Under the pieces are notes generated by a model. The model was not told where the DNA came from. It was given only the letters and a program-made list of their open reading frames with translations, and did not search any database. A program made the translations under genes and the position numbers. Source: Minisyncoccota bacterium (lineage in GTDB: Bacteria > Patescibacteriota > Minisyncoccia > JAHIHE01 > JAGLIN01). From it: a DNA stretch of 64,000 nt. The stretch covers positions 27,038 through 91,037 of the forward strand of contig JBAZUT010000005.1 in NCBI GenBank assembly GCA_041661265.1, written 5' to 3'. Shown here piece by piece: positions 31,398-41,520 of this stretch (positions are counted from its first letter, which is position 1; each line of letters begins with the position of its first letter).

Positions 31398-32234
31398 TTA
31401 TTTTCCTTTTAACTTTTTTTGTTCTTGTATTTTTCTAAAACTTAGCCTGCTGATCACTGGTTTCCCCGTTTTCACTTCAATCTGTTTTCTGGCGTTTCCT
31501 GCTATACTTCCGCCTTCACGCGCCACCTTTCTATTTTCCGGAAAAGTTTTGGGCTCCCGCTTCTTGGAAATTTCAGTGGTCGCCGTTTCTGCCAGCATGT
31601 TCAAGACCAATTCTAAATTCGTCATATTATCCCGCAAATTTTCTTTTTTCAAATCTTTATGCTTTTTATAGTCTTTTGTTTTCAATCCTGCCCAGGCAAA
31701 AGAAATATCATCGGTTAAAACAGCGAATTCATCGCTTGTTTTTACGCCCCGCTCATTCCACTCATTAGTCAGATCTTTTCTGATTTCAATGCTTTTCAGA
31801 CGCAAGTCAACCCAGTTTTTAGAATAACCCATTTTAAGATAGGTTGCCAGTGCGCGGTGAATGGCTTTTTCAGGATCCTCAGTTTCTTCGATTCTTTCAT
31901 AGCCCACCCGCGCCAGCCAAAGCTTGAACGGCTCCGCCTTCGGCGAAGGAATAGACTGAATTATCCTGAACATTGTTTCTGTATCCGCCGCATCAGTTAG
32001 ATAAAACTTGCCATCTGCAGCTTGCATTTTCAGTTGGTTACATTTTGTAACCACCTCGCTTCCTTCTTGTTTTAAGCGGTTTTTTAGCACTTTCCAATAA
32101 TTCCTCGGATCAACGCTCGCATTTAACGCATCGACTATATCCACTACCGAAAAATACCATAGTTCTTTTTCATCATCCCAAATCCGACGGATTTTCTTAC
32201 CTTCAAAAATCGCTAATTGCTTATCTTTTTTCAT
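31398..32234 (-). CDS. Bro-N domain / DNA-damage-inducible protein D (DinD)-like protein
   Basis: N-terminal LAIFEGKKIRRIWDDEKELWYFSVVDIVDAL fits the Bro-N pattern; the rest resembles DinD. The track ORF (to 32306) runs into the repeat copy; the ATG at 32234 (MKKDKQL...) is preferred. Confidence 0.5.
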   Translation of the reverse strand: MKKDKQLAIFEGKKIRRIWDDEKELWYFSVVDIVDALNASVDPRNYWKVLKNRLKQEGSEVVTKCNQLKMQAADGKFYLTDAADTETMFRIIQSIPSPKAEPFKLWLARVGYERIEETEDPEKAIHRALATYLKMGYSKNWVDLRLKSIEIRKDLTNEWNERGVKTSDEFAVLTDDISFAWAGLKTKDYKKHKDLKKENLRDNMTNLELVLNMLAETATTEISKKREPKTFPENRKVAREGGSIAGNARKQIEVKTGKPVISRLSFRKIQEQKKLKGK

Positions 32235-32285
32235 TAAATATTTTAATGATTGAATAATTTGTAACTTGTTTTTCCGTATACGCTT

Positions 32286-32378
32286 CCGCCAAATCCATTG
32301 GAGCATAGATTATCTATTTCGGAAGCGGACAAGAAAATTCATTCGTGCAATATATGGCTATTTTAAGTTTTGACATTT
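32286..32378. repeat. copy 2 of the ~93-nt direct repeat
   Basis: See copy 1. Confidence 0.7.
32314..32376 (-). pseudogene. duplicated, truncated 5' fragment of the GT4 gene (MSKLKIAIYCTNEFSCPLPK*)
   Basis: Matches MSKLRIAIYCTNEFSCPLPKEIIY... of the 30224-31303 gene and ends with an in-frame TAG. Confidence 0.6.
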
Positions 32379-32462
32379 GATTTTTAATTTATCCGATCAT
32401 AAGAATCGGATCTCTATTGAAATACTATATACTGCAGTAATTTTATGCCATCATTAGAAAAA

Positions 32463-33128
32463 TCAGATGACAAATTTCTTCTTGAATTTACATTTAGGAT
32501 AATTAGAACAACCAAAGAATTTACCAAACCTGCCATTTATCTCTCTTAGTTTGCCGCCGCATGTCGGGCAAATATCGTTTGTCTTATTTTCTACGACTTC
32601 ATCGTCTTTATTTACCAGTTTTATCAACCTGAGCAATTCATCACCATCGACCAATTCAATCTGTTTATCTTCTGCGTATTTCTCAGCCTCTGTTGTAAAG
32701 ATGTTTGTTGTTATAAAGATTCCCTTTCCTTGCGAAAGCTTATCCATCAATGTACCAACAAATTCTCTAACATTACTAACCGATACTTTCGAAGTTATAT
32801 ATTTCTTGCACTGAATGTAATGTTTTATTCCGTTTTTCGTTACGACTACATCCACTCCTCCGTCATGAGAACCACCAACTTTTTCCGTTTGATATCCAAG
32901 TCGAAAATACATGTCTGCAATATAATTTTCAAAGTCATTAGGTCGCAATTTTCTTAATTTTCCAATTAAATCCTTATCTATGGTCCACTCGTTGACTTGA
33001 TTGATTTTTTTCTCAATCTTCTTGTTTTTTAAATAACGTGGTATCCATACTTCGACAGCTATTTTCATCAATGCAATAATAATTAGCAAAACCCATACTT
33101 GCCACAGAGAAAGAAACATTGTCAACAA
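32463..33128 (-). CDS. Mrr-like restriction endonuclease domain protein with an N-terminal transmembrane helix and a C-terminal topoisomerase-type C4 zinc ribbon
   Basis: Catalytic block DVVVTKNGIKHYIQCKKY fits the Mrr/PD-(D/E)xK pattern; CPTCGGKL...CSNYPKC zinc ribbon. Confidence 0.65.
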   Translation of the reverse strand: MLTMFLSLWQVWVLLIIIALMKIAVEVWIPRYLKNKKIEKKINQVNEWTIDKDLIGKLRKLRPNDFENYIADMYFRLGYQTEKVGGSHDGGVDVVVTKNGIKHYIQCKKYITSKVSVSNVREFVGTLMDKLSQGKGIFITTNIFTTEAEKYAEDKQIELVDGDELLRLIKLVNKDDEVVENKTNDICPTCGGKLREINGRFGKFFGCSNYPKCKFKKKFVI

Positions 33129-33271
33129 ACTTTTAAAAAATTCCCATTGATCGAAAGCAAAATGATTTATATTGTTTTTAATTAATAATTATTAATTCCC
33201 TATTCGCCTATTCGCGCGAATTAGAGAACCGATAAGATAGCGCAAATCAAGATAATTGATATTAGAGGTAT

Positions 33272-34285
33272 TTACAAATAACTCACCTTCACGCTATTCA
33301 ATCTCTTTTCAATTTCGCTTCGATCCAAAATCCCATTCTGCGCGCCATATTCGCTGACCACGTTCCCGCTGTTCAAAATTCCGAATTTCAATGCATCTTC
33401 CAGTTTACCAGTGATCAGATATCCCCCAAGCATGGCCGCACCAAACGCATCTCCGGCGCCTGTCGCATCCACTCCCCGATTGTCCGTTCCCGGCGCAAAA
33501 ATAACCTGATCCCCTCCGCCATAAACATATGCGCCATTTTTTCCATCAGTTACGACCACAATTTTCGGACCCCATTTTTTCATGAATTTTGCCAGGACCG
33601 AAGGATCGTTCATCTGATTATAATCCAATTTAATGTTCTTATCTCCCTGGACCAGCTCTATTGCTTCATCCTTGTTCACGATTAGCATTTCGGTTATCCT
33701 GAAATATTCTTTCAGATTATCAGTTCCGCCGGCCAGCTGAGCTCCGCCCGGATTCCAGGCAAGCTTTATCTTGCCCTCAACCACGGCTTCCTTTATCTCA
33801 TCCAGGCTATTCTTCCACTGGTTCGCAAGAGAAGTGAGATATATCCATTTGCTTTTTCCGATCAGATTTTCTTTCTTCAGCTCAAGAAAGTCGCTTGCGC
33901 CCTTATAAACAAAGATAACCCGGTCGCCGCCTTTTTTATCCAACACGATCAAAGAGAATCCCGTTCTCCTTGCCTCATCGTTCTGGATCAATCCAGTGTC
34001 TATCCCAAGTTTTTTCAAATTATTGACTATCGCTTTTCCGTCATCATCGTTTCCCACTTTGCAGTTCACGGCGACTTTGAGCCCGAGCTTTTGGAAAGTG
34101 GCCGCTGTGTTGCAGGCTCCTCCTCCGAAATTGAATATCACCTCTTCGCTTTTTATCTTTGCGCCATATTCAAATCCCAGGATCACCTGCTCCGTCAGAT
34201 TCTCAGGAGTTTCAATGATCTTTCCCTTGTCGGTAATGAACGTTATGTCGCGAGTCGCCCCGCCGATCGTAATTATGTCGAACAT
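33272..34285 (-). CDS. PfkB-family carbohydrate kinase (ribokinase-like)
   Basis: GG motif near the N-terminus and C-terminal DATGAGDAFGAAMLGGYL. Confidence 0.8.
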   Translation of the reverse strand: MFDIITIGGATRDITFITDKGKIIETPENLTEQVILGFEYGAKIKSEEVIFNFGGGACNTAATFQKLGLKVAVNCKVGNDDDGKAIVNNLKKLGIDTGLIQNDEARRTGFSLIVLDKKGGDRVIFVYKGASDFLELKKENLIGKSKWIYLTSLANQWKNSLDEIKEAVVEGKIKLAWNPGGAQLAGGTDNLKEYFRITEMLIVNKDEAIELVQGDKNIKLDYNQMNDPSVLAKFMKKWGPKIVVVTDGKNGAYVYGGGDQVIFAPGTDNRGVDATGAGDAFGAAMLGGYLITGKLEDALKFGILNSGNVVSEYGAQNGILDRSEIEKRLNSVKVSYL

Positions 34286-34433
34286 AATTTTAGTATTTAG
34301 TATTTAGTATTTAGTATTTAGCTGGATGCCAAATACCACATACCACATGCCATATACCTCATGCCAGTTCATTTCGATCATTGATACATTAAAACACTTG
34401 GCATACCATAAACAGTTTACTGTATAACAACAC

Positions 34434-36005
34434 TTAGGCTTTGCATCTTATCTTTTTTTCTATCAAGCTTCCAAGAACCATATCCTTGGGCTTTTCCGTG
34501 CCCAAAACATCAAGAAGCGTCGGCGCAACATTTCCAAGAACCCCGTTGTCATGCAATTTCAGGCTTTCCCTCTTCAGTCCCTTTTTTGCGATAATGAACG
34601 GAACGGGATTTTTGCTGTGCATGGTCATTATCTCTCCCGTTTTCAGATCAACCATTTCATCGGCATTGCCGTGATCCGCAGTCACTATCACCATTCCTCC
34701 GCCCTCCACGGCTTTTTCGATCACCATTGCCATGCACTTATCCAGAAATTCAACCGCGGAAATGGTCGCCTTCATGTTTCCCGTATGCCCTACCATATCG
34801 GCATTGGCATAATTAACAGCAATAAAATCATATACGCTGTATTCGATATTCGAGACAAGAACTTTCGTGATGTCCATTGCGGACATTTCCGGCTTCTGGT
34901 CATAGGAAAAAACGTTCGGAGACATGATCTGCTCCCTATCCTCTCCGCCAACCGGATCCTTATGTCCGCCATTTATAAAATATGTTATATGAGGATATTT
35001 CTCGGCTTCAGCTATATAGAGCTGTTTTTTCTCTCTCAAAACATGGGGTATGGTATTCTCCACCGATTGGGAATAATAAGCGACCTGCACAGGAAGGTCC
35101 GGACCGAAATCCGTCAGTGTACACGCAAATATATCTTTTAACTTATGAGATCTGTTCTCATAACCGATAACTTTATTCGTCACAAATAATTTCGTGAATT
35201 GCCTCGCCCTGTCCCCCCGGATATTGAAATGAATGATCGCATCATTGCTTTTTATTTTCGCAATAGGTTTGTTCTTGCTGTCTACTATTACCGTCGGAAT
35301 GATAAATTCATCCGTAAGGCCCTGTGAATAGGAATATTTTATGGCCTCTTCGGGAGATTTGCTTTTCCATCCCTCCCCCATGACCATGGCATCATAAGCT
35401 TTCTGAAGCCGCTCCCAATGTTTGACGCGGTCCATGCCATAATATCTTCCGCCTATCGTGGCGATCTTTCCTATTCCTATCTCTTCTATTTTTTCGTTCA
35501 GATCCTGCAGAAAGATCAGCGCTCTTTTCATAAAAGTATCCCTTCCGTCAGTGAAAAGATGCAGATAAACCTGCTTCACCTTCTTCGTTTTCGCCAGCCT
35601 CAAAAGAGCGTAAAGATGGTCCGGATCGCTATGAGGACTGTCTATTTCGGAAAGAAGTCCGATGAAATGAAGATTTGTTTTCTCGACTATTGCATGATTC
35701 ATAGTTCGAAGTATTCTCGGATTTTTGAAGAATTTACCCGACTCGATGTCTTCCCTGATTATCTGCGAATCCTGTTTGACGATCCTTCCCGCGCCGATGT
35801 TTATATGTCCCGCTTCGCTCCCACTCCTTTCATTCTCGGAGAGTCCCACTGCAAGACCGGTGGCATTCAGGGTCGTATAGGGATACTTTCGGACCAAGCT
35901 GTCAAAAAAAGGTTTTTTGGCAAGTTCAATCGCATTAGCCCTGCTTTTTGGCGCAACACCCCATCCATCAAGGATTATAAGAATATTTGTCGGTTTTTTT
36001 GGCAT
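34434..36005 (-). CDS. gpmI: 2,3-bisphosphoglycerate-independent phosphoglycerate mutase
   Basis: ILIILDGWGV N-terminus, ...VTADHGNAD... and overall iPGM blocks. Confidence 0.9.
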   Translation of the reverse strand: MPKKPTNILIILDGWGVAPKSRANAIELAKKPFFDSLVRKYPYTTLNATGLAVGLSENERSGSEAGHINIGAGRIVKQDSQIIREDIESGKFFKNPRILRTMNHAIVEKTNLHFIGLLSEIDSPHSDPDHLYALLRLAKTKKVKQVYLHLFTDGRDTFMKRALIFLQDLNEKIEEIGIGKIATIGGRYYGMDRVKHWERLQKAYDAMVMGEGWKSKSPEEAIKYSYSQGLTDEFIIPTVIVDSKNKPIAKIKSNDAIIHFNIRGDRARQFTKLFVTNKVIGYENRSHKLKDIFACTLTDFGPDLPVQVAYYSQSVENTIPHVLREKKQLYIAEAEKYPHITYFINGGHKDPVGGEDREQIMSPNVFSYDQKPEMSAMDITKVLVSNIEYSVYDFIAVNYANADMVGHTGNMKATISAVEFLDKCMAMVIEKAVEGGGMVIVTADHGNADEMVDLKTGEIMTMHSKNPVPFIIAKKGLKRESLKLHDNGVLGNVAPTLLDVLGTEKPKDMVLGSLIEKKIRCKA

Positions 36006-36194
36006 AAATAGTTTGTGAATTTCTAATTTTTAATTTCTAATTTATATTGAATTTCTAATTTTACAATTTCTCAATGTTTAAAACTTTTAGTCATCTTCCT
36101 ATAGTCCATGCACTTATTATTTTCAATATTTTATTCAGAATTGATAATTCAGTCATTGAAAATTCAATGAAAATTGTAAATTGATAATTGAAAA

Positions 36195-37469
36195 TTATGC
36201 TCCGATCTCTTCTTCTATCTTCATCAGCCTGTTGTATTTTGCAAGCCTCTCTCCCCGGGAAAGCGATCCGGCCTTCAGGAAATCCGCGCCCGTCGCAACT
36301 GCCAGGTCGGCGATGAAATGATCGCATGTTTCTCCCGATCTGTGCGAAACGATGACCTTCCAGCCTTCTTTTTTTGCAAACTTGATGCAATCGATCGTTT
36401 CCGTGAGAGTTCCTATCTGATTGAATTTTATTATTATCGCGTTTGCGCACTTGTTCTTATCCGCCTTTTTTCCCCTTTTTATATTCGTTACCGTGAGATC
36501 ATCCCCGACGATCATAATCTTTTTGTTGAATTGGTCTATCCTCTCCTTCATCCGCGCCCAGCCCTCCCAGTCATTCTCATTCAGACCATCTTCGATCGAA
36601 ATAAGCGGATATTTTTTCAGCCACTCAAGATACAGAGCGGTAAGCCTGTCGCGGTCCAAGGAAATATTCTCAGGCCTGAGCCTGTATTGGTTGTTCCCTG
36701 CTTCATAGAAGGAGCTGGATGCCGCGTCTATTCCGATAAAAATCTCTTCGCCCGGCTTGTATTTGGCGTCTTCGATCGCCTTTATGATCAACTCGAATGA
36801 TTTTGTCGTACTGTCCAACTTTGGAGAAAAACCGCCTTCGTCTCCGACTCCGGTTGATTGTCCAAGTCCTGACAGTATTTTCTTCAGCGCCTGAAAGATC
36901 TCGCTTCCGGCCCGGATCCTTTCCGGAGAACCTTTTATCCCCACGGGAAGTATCATGAATTCCTGGATCGAAAGTCCGCTATCGGCATGCTTTCCGCCAT
37001 TTATTATATTGAACATAGGGACCGGTATCCTGAAATCTTCTTCTTCAAGACCATAGGCGGATGCTATATATCTATACAGACGCTTATTTCTTGCCCTTGC
37101 TCCCGCTCTCGCACAAGCAAGAGACACTCCCAAAATGGCATTCGCACCCAGATTCGATTTATTCTCTGTTCCATCCAGATCGATCATCATCTTATCTATC
37201 TTCTTCTGGTTGGTTACGACTTGTCCCTTCAGCTTTGCCGCGATCCTGACATTAACATTCTCACAAGCTTTCAAAACACCCTTCCCGCCATATCTGGCGT
37301 TGTCCTGGTCCCGCAATTCCAATGCCTCAAATTCGCCCGTAGAAGCGCCGGATGGAACCGCCGCTATTCCCCTGACCTTGCTTTCAAGAACAACCTCAAC
37401 CTCCACTGTCGGATTTCCCCTCGAATCCAAAATTTCTCTCGCCTGGATCTTTTTGATCTTATTCGACAT
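36195..37469 (-). CDS. eno: enolase
   Basis: IQAREILDSRGNPTVEVEV N-terminus and SHRSGETCD catalytic-loop region. Confidence 0.95.
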   Translation of the reverse strand: MSNKIKKIQAREILDSRGNPTVEVEVVLESKVRGIAAVPSGASTGEFEALELRDQDNARYGGKGVLKACENVNVRIAAKLKGQVVTNQKKIDKMMIDLDGTENKSNLGANAILGVSLACARAGARARNKRLYRYIASAYGLEEEDFRIPVPMFNIINGGKHADSGLSIQEFMILPVGIKGSPERIRAGSEIFQALKKILSGLGQSTGVGDEGGFSPKLDSTTKSFELIIKAIEDAKYKPGEEIFIGIDAASSSFYEAGNNQYRLRPENISLDRDRLTALYLEWLKKYPLISIEDGLNENDWEGWARMKERIDQFNKKIMIVGDDLTVTNIKRGKKADKNKCANAIIIKFNQIGTLTETIDCIKFAKKEGWKVIVSHRSGETCDHFIADLAVATGADFLKAGSLSRGERLAKYNRLMKIEEEIGA

Positions 37470-37490
37470 ATTAGTATGCGTTTAATTTGA

Positions 37491-38051
37491 TTAATTGCTT
37501 GATACTTTCTGAAAAGCAGATCCCTCCACCTTGAATTCATTTGAATAAAAATCAATGGCGCCGATGCAATTTTCAGGTTCCTGGCATCCATGATACACCT
37601 TCACCACGAATCTATAAACACCTTCTCCCTCCTTCTCGGGAAGAGACAAGGCGCATTTTGTAGTTTTCTTGCTGAGATTAAAACCGGATCTGTCATATCC
37701 GACATTCTCATGCCTGATCCCAAGATTGACCCACTTGCCATTGATATATTTTTCAAAATTATCGAGGTATTCGCAAGGCTGTGAATATATCGACCGGTCG
37801 GTATAGTTTTCTATGGCAAGAATTATCCTGTCTCCCATCTGATAGACGCTCTTGTCGGTCTTCACGAATATCCTGTCAACATTCTCGACAAGATAGGCAT
37901 TGTCCGTCATTCTATCTATTCTTTCATATTGTACGTAAAAAGCGGCGATAAAAACGGGAAGTATGGCCATGATAAAGAAATAGAACAGTATCTCGGCATC
38001 AAACCTTAGCCCTTTCTTGCTGTTTTTTGTTTGTTTTTTTACTTTTCTCAT
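37491..38051 (-). CDS. hypothetical membrane-anchored protein
   Basis: Transmembrane helix near the N-terminus, then a ~140-aa Cys-containing exodomain. Confidence 0.5.
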   Translation of the reverse strand: MRKVKKQTKNSKKGLRFDAEILFYFFIMAILPVFIAAFYVQYERIDRMTDNAYLVENVDRIFVKTDKSVYQMGDRIILAIENYTDRSIYSQPCEYLDNFEKYINGKWVNLGIRHENVGYDRSGFNLSKKTTKCALSLPEKEGEGVYRFVVKVYHGCQEPENCIGAIDFYSNEFKVEGSAFQKVSSN

Positions 38052-38081
38052 ATTTTTTGGCTAATAATTAAATTTTATCGA

Positions 38082-39668
38082 TCAATCCAAAATACTGATA
38101 TCTATTGCACCGATGCTTTCTTCGATCGGAAATTCTTTGGAATTCCTCATCCTTTTATACCCATAAACCTCGACATTTTTTCCGTCATATTCAACAAGGC
38201 TCTGCGGCATTGCTCCGTCTTTTATAAACCCGGAAACAACGGCATAGGCGCCCCCGTCCTGCAGATCAAGCACGACATGATAGAACTCATCCGTCTTTTC
38301 AGCTTTTAAAACGCCCTTTATCCTGGTAACCGCCTCCATTGAATATCCCGTTTCGAAAACTATTACGATCTTTTCATTGTTCCATGGATTCTTTGAATAC
38401 TTGAAAGTTCCCGTTATGTCATTTTTTTCAATATCCACCAGATCCGCAATATCAACGACCGGAATCTTTCTGTTCAATTCGGCAATGATGCTGTTCGTGT
38501 CCGGACTTCCGCTCAATACCAAATTATTCTGCGACAGATCTTCGGATGTGACTTCTCCGGCTTTTTTCACCTTTACATTTTCCGGAGGTTGAACCTGCGA
38601 GATAATGGCACGCTCTTCGCCTCCAACCATATCGCTCGTGATCATGATAATGTTCTTGTCACTATCAAGAACTTTCAATTTTTCAAAAAATACATCTACC
38701 GTTTCTCCGGGCGTGACAACTCTCTGTTTTTCATATTTTCTTTGGCTGATATTCCCGAGAGAATCTATTTTATATATACATATCGATCCTCCGATCATTT
38801 CACAGCTTCCATCCTCAATGTTTTCAAGCCTCGCAGAAAGTTCGAAACCGAACCCGCTTGAACCGTAGCCGTAATAATATTCGGGCTGATTCGGATCCGA
38901 TAAAAATTCTTCTTTCGTATATTTCAGCAAATCCAAATAAACATCTGAATTTTTGTCATTCAGTCTGATCAAACCATTGCTTTCGGGAAATTTCCGGCCA
39001 TTTTCCGGGGAATATGCCCCTAGCGCCTTCTTGATCTCAGACAGATCATCCTTTCTCTCTCTGTCATTTTCTTTTTGGACTTCGCTACGTATGAAATCAT
39101 CATAAAAATCATCAGCGATCTCAAATTCAACGGAATATGAGTTTTTCATGCCGGGATCCGTTTCGCTCCTGATATCATTCTTATTTATGATCTCATCGGA
39201 ATAATAGAACACGATCCTATACTTTCCCGGTCCGGCATAACGGCCCTCGGCACCTTCCGAATACAATTTCTGATCCCACACGCCATTAACACTTTCATTG
39301 AAACCCAAGTTCTTTATTTCAATAAAATCATAATCTTCTTTCACGATCTCGCATTTGGGATGTTTATAAACGGCACTCCAAGACCCTTCTTCTTCAAAAA
39401 AAAGATCCCACTGAAGATCATTTTTACATTTTCCCGGAGGAACAATATACCAGACAGGCCTCGTTCCCTTGTTCGTTACGATAAATTTCACCTGTTCGCC
39501 CCGAACATATACACCTTTCTCAGCTGTAATTTCCACCGCATATGCCGGCTTTTCGTCTTTCGAAAAATAATACTTTTGAAAATAAAAAACTCCCGCTGAC
39601 GCGAAGACCATGAGGATCAAAAAAATGACAAGTTTTATTTTATTTCCGCCTGCAGAAGGGATTATCAT
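38082..39668 (-). CDS. large membrane-anchored protein with an internal type IV pilin-like/pseudopilin-like domain
   Basis: N-terminal transmembrane helix; internal RERKDDLSEIKKALGAYSPENGRKFP ... ARLENIEDGSCEMIGGSICIYKID, paralogous to the 39709-40275 protein. Confidence 0.55.
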   Translation of the reverse strand: MIIPSAGGNKIKLVIFLILMVFASAGVFYFQKYYFSKDEKPAYAVEITAEKGVYVRGEQVKFIVTNKGTRPVWYIVPPGKCKNDLQWDLFFEEEGSWSAVYKHPKCEIVKEDYDFIEIKNLGFNESVNGVWDQKLYSEGAEGRYAGPGKYRIVFYYSDEIINKNDIRSETDPGMKNSYSVEFEIADDFYDDFIRSEVQKENDRERKDDLSEIKKALGAYSPENGRKFPESNGLIRLNDKNSDVYLDLLKYTKEEFLSDPNQPEYYYGYGSSGFGFELSARLENIEDGSCEMIGGSICIYKIDSLGNISQRKYEKQRVVTPGETVDVFFEKLKVLDSDKNIIMITSDMVGGEERAIISQVQPPENVKVKKAGEVTSEDLSQNNLVLSGSPDTNSIIAELNRKIPVVDIADLVDIEKNDITGTFKYSKNPWNNEKIVIVFETGYSMEAVTRIKGVLKAEKTDEFYHVVLDLQDGGAYAVVSGFIKDGAMPQSLVEYDGKNVEVYGYKRMRNSKEFPIEESIGAIDISILD

Positions 39669-39708
39669 GCTTCGTGAAAATTATTAATGGATCAAAGCAA
39701 AAAAGTCG

Positions 39709-40275
39709 CTAATTAGCGGAAGATTTGCTTATTTTATATATACAGAATCCGTCGTCAGAGATCTTGCATTCAGGGTCCTTGATATTCTCAAGCCTCGCCG
39801 TAATTTCATAACTTTTTCCGTCCGATCTGTAGAGATAAAAGAACTCCGGATCTTTCGAATCTTTCAAATTGCTCGAGTTGACATATTTTATAAGGTCCTG
39901 ATATGCAGCGGAATTTTCATCATTCAGTTTTGTTCCGCCAAGACTGACCGGATAACTGCCATTTTGCAAAAAAAACATTTCGAGCGCATTCCCTATTTGC
40001 GCGATATTTGATTTTCTCATCACGTCATCCGCCCTATAGGGCTGATTTAAATATGTGTCCTTTATGAAATTATTCTCTTCCTTTATGGGCGTTTCCGTCT
40101 TTCTAGCCGAAAACAGCTTGCTATATTCGGAATAGATTATATCCTTGCCGGCGAACAGTATCACCGCCAAAATTATCAATATTATTGTCATTACCGGCGC
40201 TTTTTTGCTTCCACCTACCGGCATATTTCCCCCTACCCCTCCATCCATATCATTTGTAGATTTTATCTCTTCCAT
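39709..40275 (-). CDS. small pilin-like protein (a transmembrane helix plus a pilin-type alpha/beta domain with a C-terminal Cys pair)
   Basis: RKSNIAQIGNALEMFFLQNGSYP follows the pilin pattern (R/K..D..I..AL..Y...NG.YP); ARLENIKDPECKISDDGFCIYKI. Confidence 0.55.
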   Translation of the reverse strand: MEEIKSTNDMDGGVGGNMPVGGSKKAPVMTIILIILAVILFAGKDIIYSEYSKLFSARKTETPIKEENNFIKDTYLNQPYRADDVMRKSNIAQIGNALEMFFLQNGSYPVSLGGTKLNDENSAAYQDLIKYVNSSNLKDSKDPEFFYLYRSDGKSYEITARLENIKDPECKISDDGFCIYKISKSSAN

Positions 40276-40293
40276 GATCCATATCGTTAATAT

Positions 40294-41454
40294 TTAATTA
40301 AGAGCTTCAATCCCCGGAAGTTTTTCCCCGGACATGAATTCCAGCATCGCACCTCCTCCGGTTGAAACATAACTTGCCTTTTCGAGATATCCGAATTTAT
40401 CCAGCGCTGTTATCGTATCCCCTCCTCCTATGATCGAATATCCTTTTGAACTTGTGATGGCCTTTGCGATCTCTTTCGTGCCTTGCGAAAAAGCATCTTT
40501 CTCGAAAAGCCCCATCGGGCCGTTCCAGATTATCATTTTGGATTCTGATATTATTTTTGCATAGAGCTCCGCCGTGTCGGGACCGATATCCAATATCCTC
40601 TCGTCACCGATCTTTCCGATGGCGGAAAGCGCCGCTGTCTTCACTTCGGAGTTGCAGATAATGACGTCTACCGGAATATGGAGCTTGGTGTTATCGAGAT
40701 CTATTTTTTTGGCCTCTTCGGGATCCATGTCTCCGAGCAGGGATTTCCCGGTATCGATGCCTTTCGCCTTCAGGATGACATTGGCCACAACCCCTCCGAC
40801 AAGGATATTATCGAATTTATCCATCAAAAATTTAATTACGGGAAGTTTCGTTTCCGCCTTTGCTCCTCCGATCACGATCGTCGCGGGTTTTTTGGGATTG
40901 TTTATCGCATCGGTCAAAATATCCACCTCTTTTTCCATCAGAAGTCCCGCATAAGAAGGCAAATATTTCGTGATCCCGTGAACAGAAGCATGCGCACGAT
41001 GCGAAGCGGAAAATGCGTCGTTCACATAGACATCTCCAAGGCTCGCCAATTCCTTCGCAAAAGCTTCGCCATTTTCCTCCTCTTCCTTATGGAATCTAAG
41101 ATTTTCAAGGAGTACGATCTCTCCCATTTTCATTTCAGCTATGGTCTCTTTCACAACATCCCCGATACAATCCGGAGTCTTTGTGATGGAAAGCCCCAAA
41201 AGCTCCGAAAGACGGTCCTGAACCGGACCAAGCCTGAACTCCTCGACAACTTTCCCGTCCGGCCTCCCAAGATGCGAAAGAAGGATTATTTTTGCGCCCT
41301 TTTTGACAAGATATTCGATCGTGGGAAGGGTCGCCCTAATCCTCCAGTCCTCGCCCTTGTCTACGACCCCGTCTTTTCCGATCGGCACATTGAAATCTAC
41401 CCGGAGAATCACTTTTTTATCTTTCAGTTTTTTGATTTCTTTTAGGGACTTCAT
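40294..41454 (-). CDS. pgk: phosphoglycerate kinase
   Basis: KVILRVDFNVP N-terminus, LLENLRFH, and C-terminal GGGA/STGGGA blocks. Confidence 0.95.
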   Translation of the reverse strand: MKSLKEIKKLKDKKVILRVDFNVPIGKDGVVDKGEDWRIRATLPTIEYLVKKGAKIILLSHLGRPDGKVVEEFRLGPVQDRLSELLGLSITKTPDCIGDVVKETIAEMKMGEIVLLENLRFHKEEEENGEAFAKELASLGDVYVNDAFSASHRAHASVHGITKYLPSYAGLLMEKEVDILTDAINNPKKPATIVIGGAKAETKLPVIKFLMDKFDNILVGGVVANVILKAKGIDTGKSLLGDMDPEEAKKIDLDNTKLHIPVDVIICNSEVKTAALSAIGKIGDERILDIGPDTAELYAKIISESKMIIWNGPMGLFEKDAFSQGTKEIAKAITSSKGYSIIGGGDTITALDKFGYLEKASYVSTGGGAMLEFMSGEKLPGIEALN

Positions 41455-41520
41455 TGTTTTATATTAGGATTTGACAATACATATTTTGTAACTATAATAT
41501 CTGCATGGGAGGAAAACACT

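Noticed and set aside
36091-36450. 119-aa minus-strand ORF overlapping the 3' end of eno
   Set aside because: It is out of frame with enolase and shows no RBS or motif; it is spurious.
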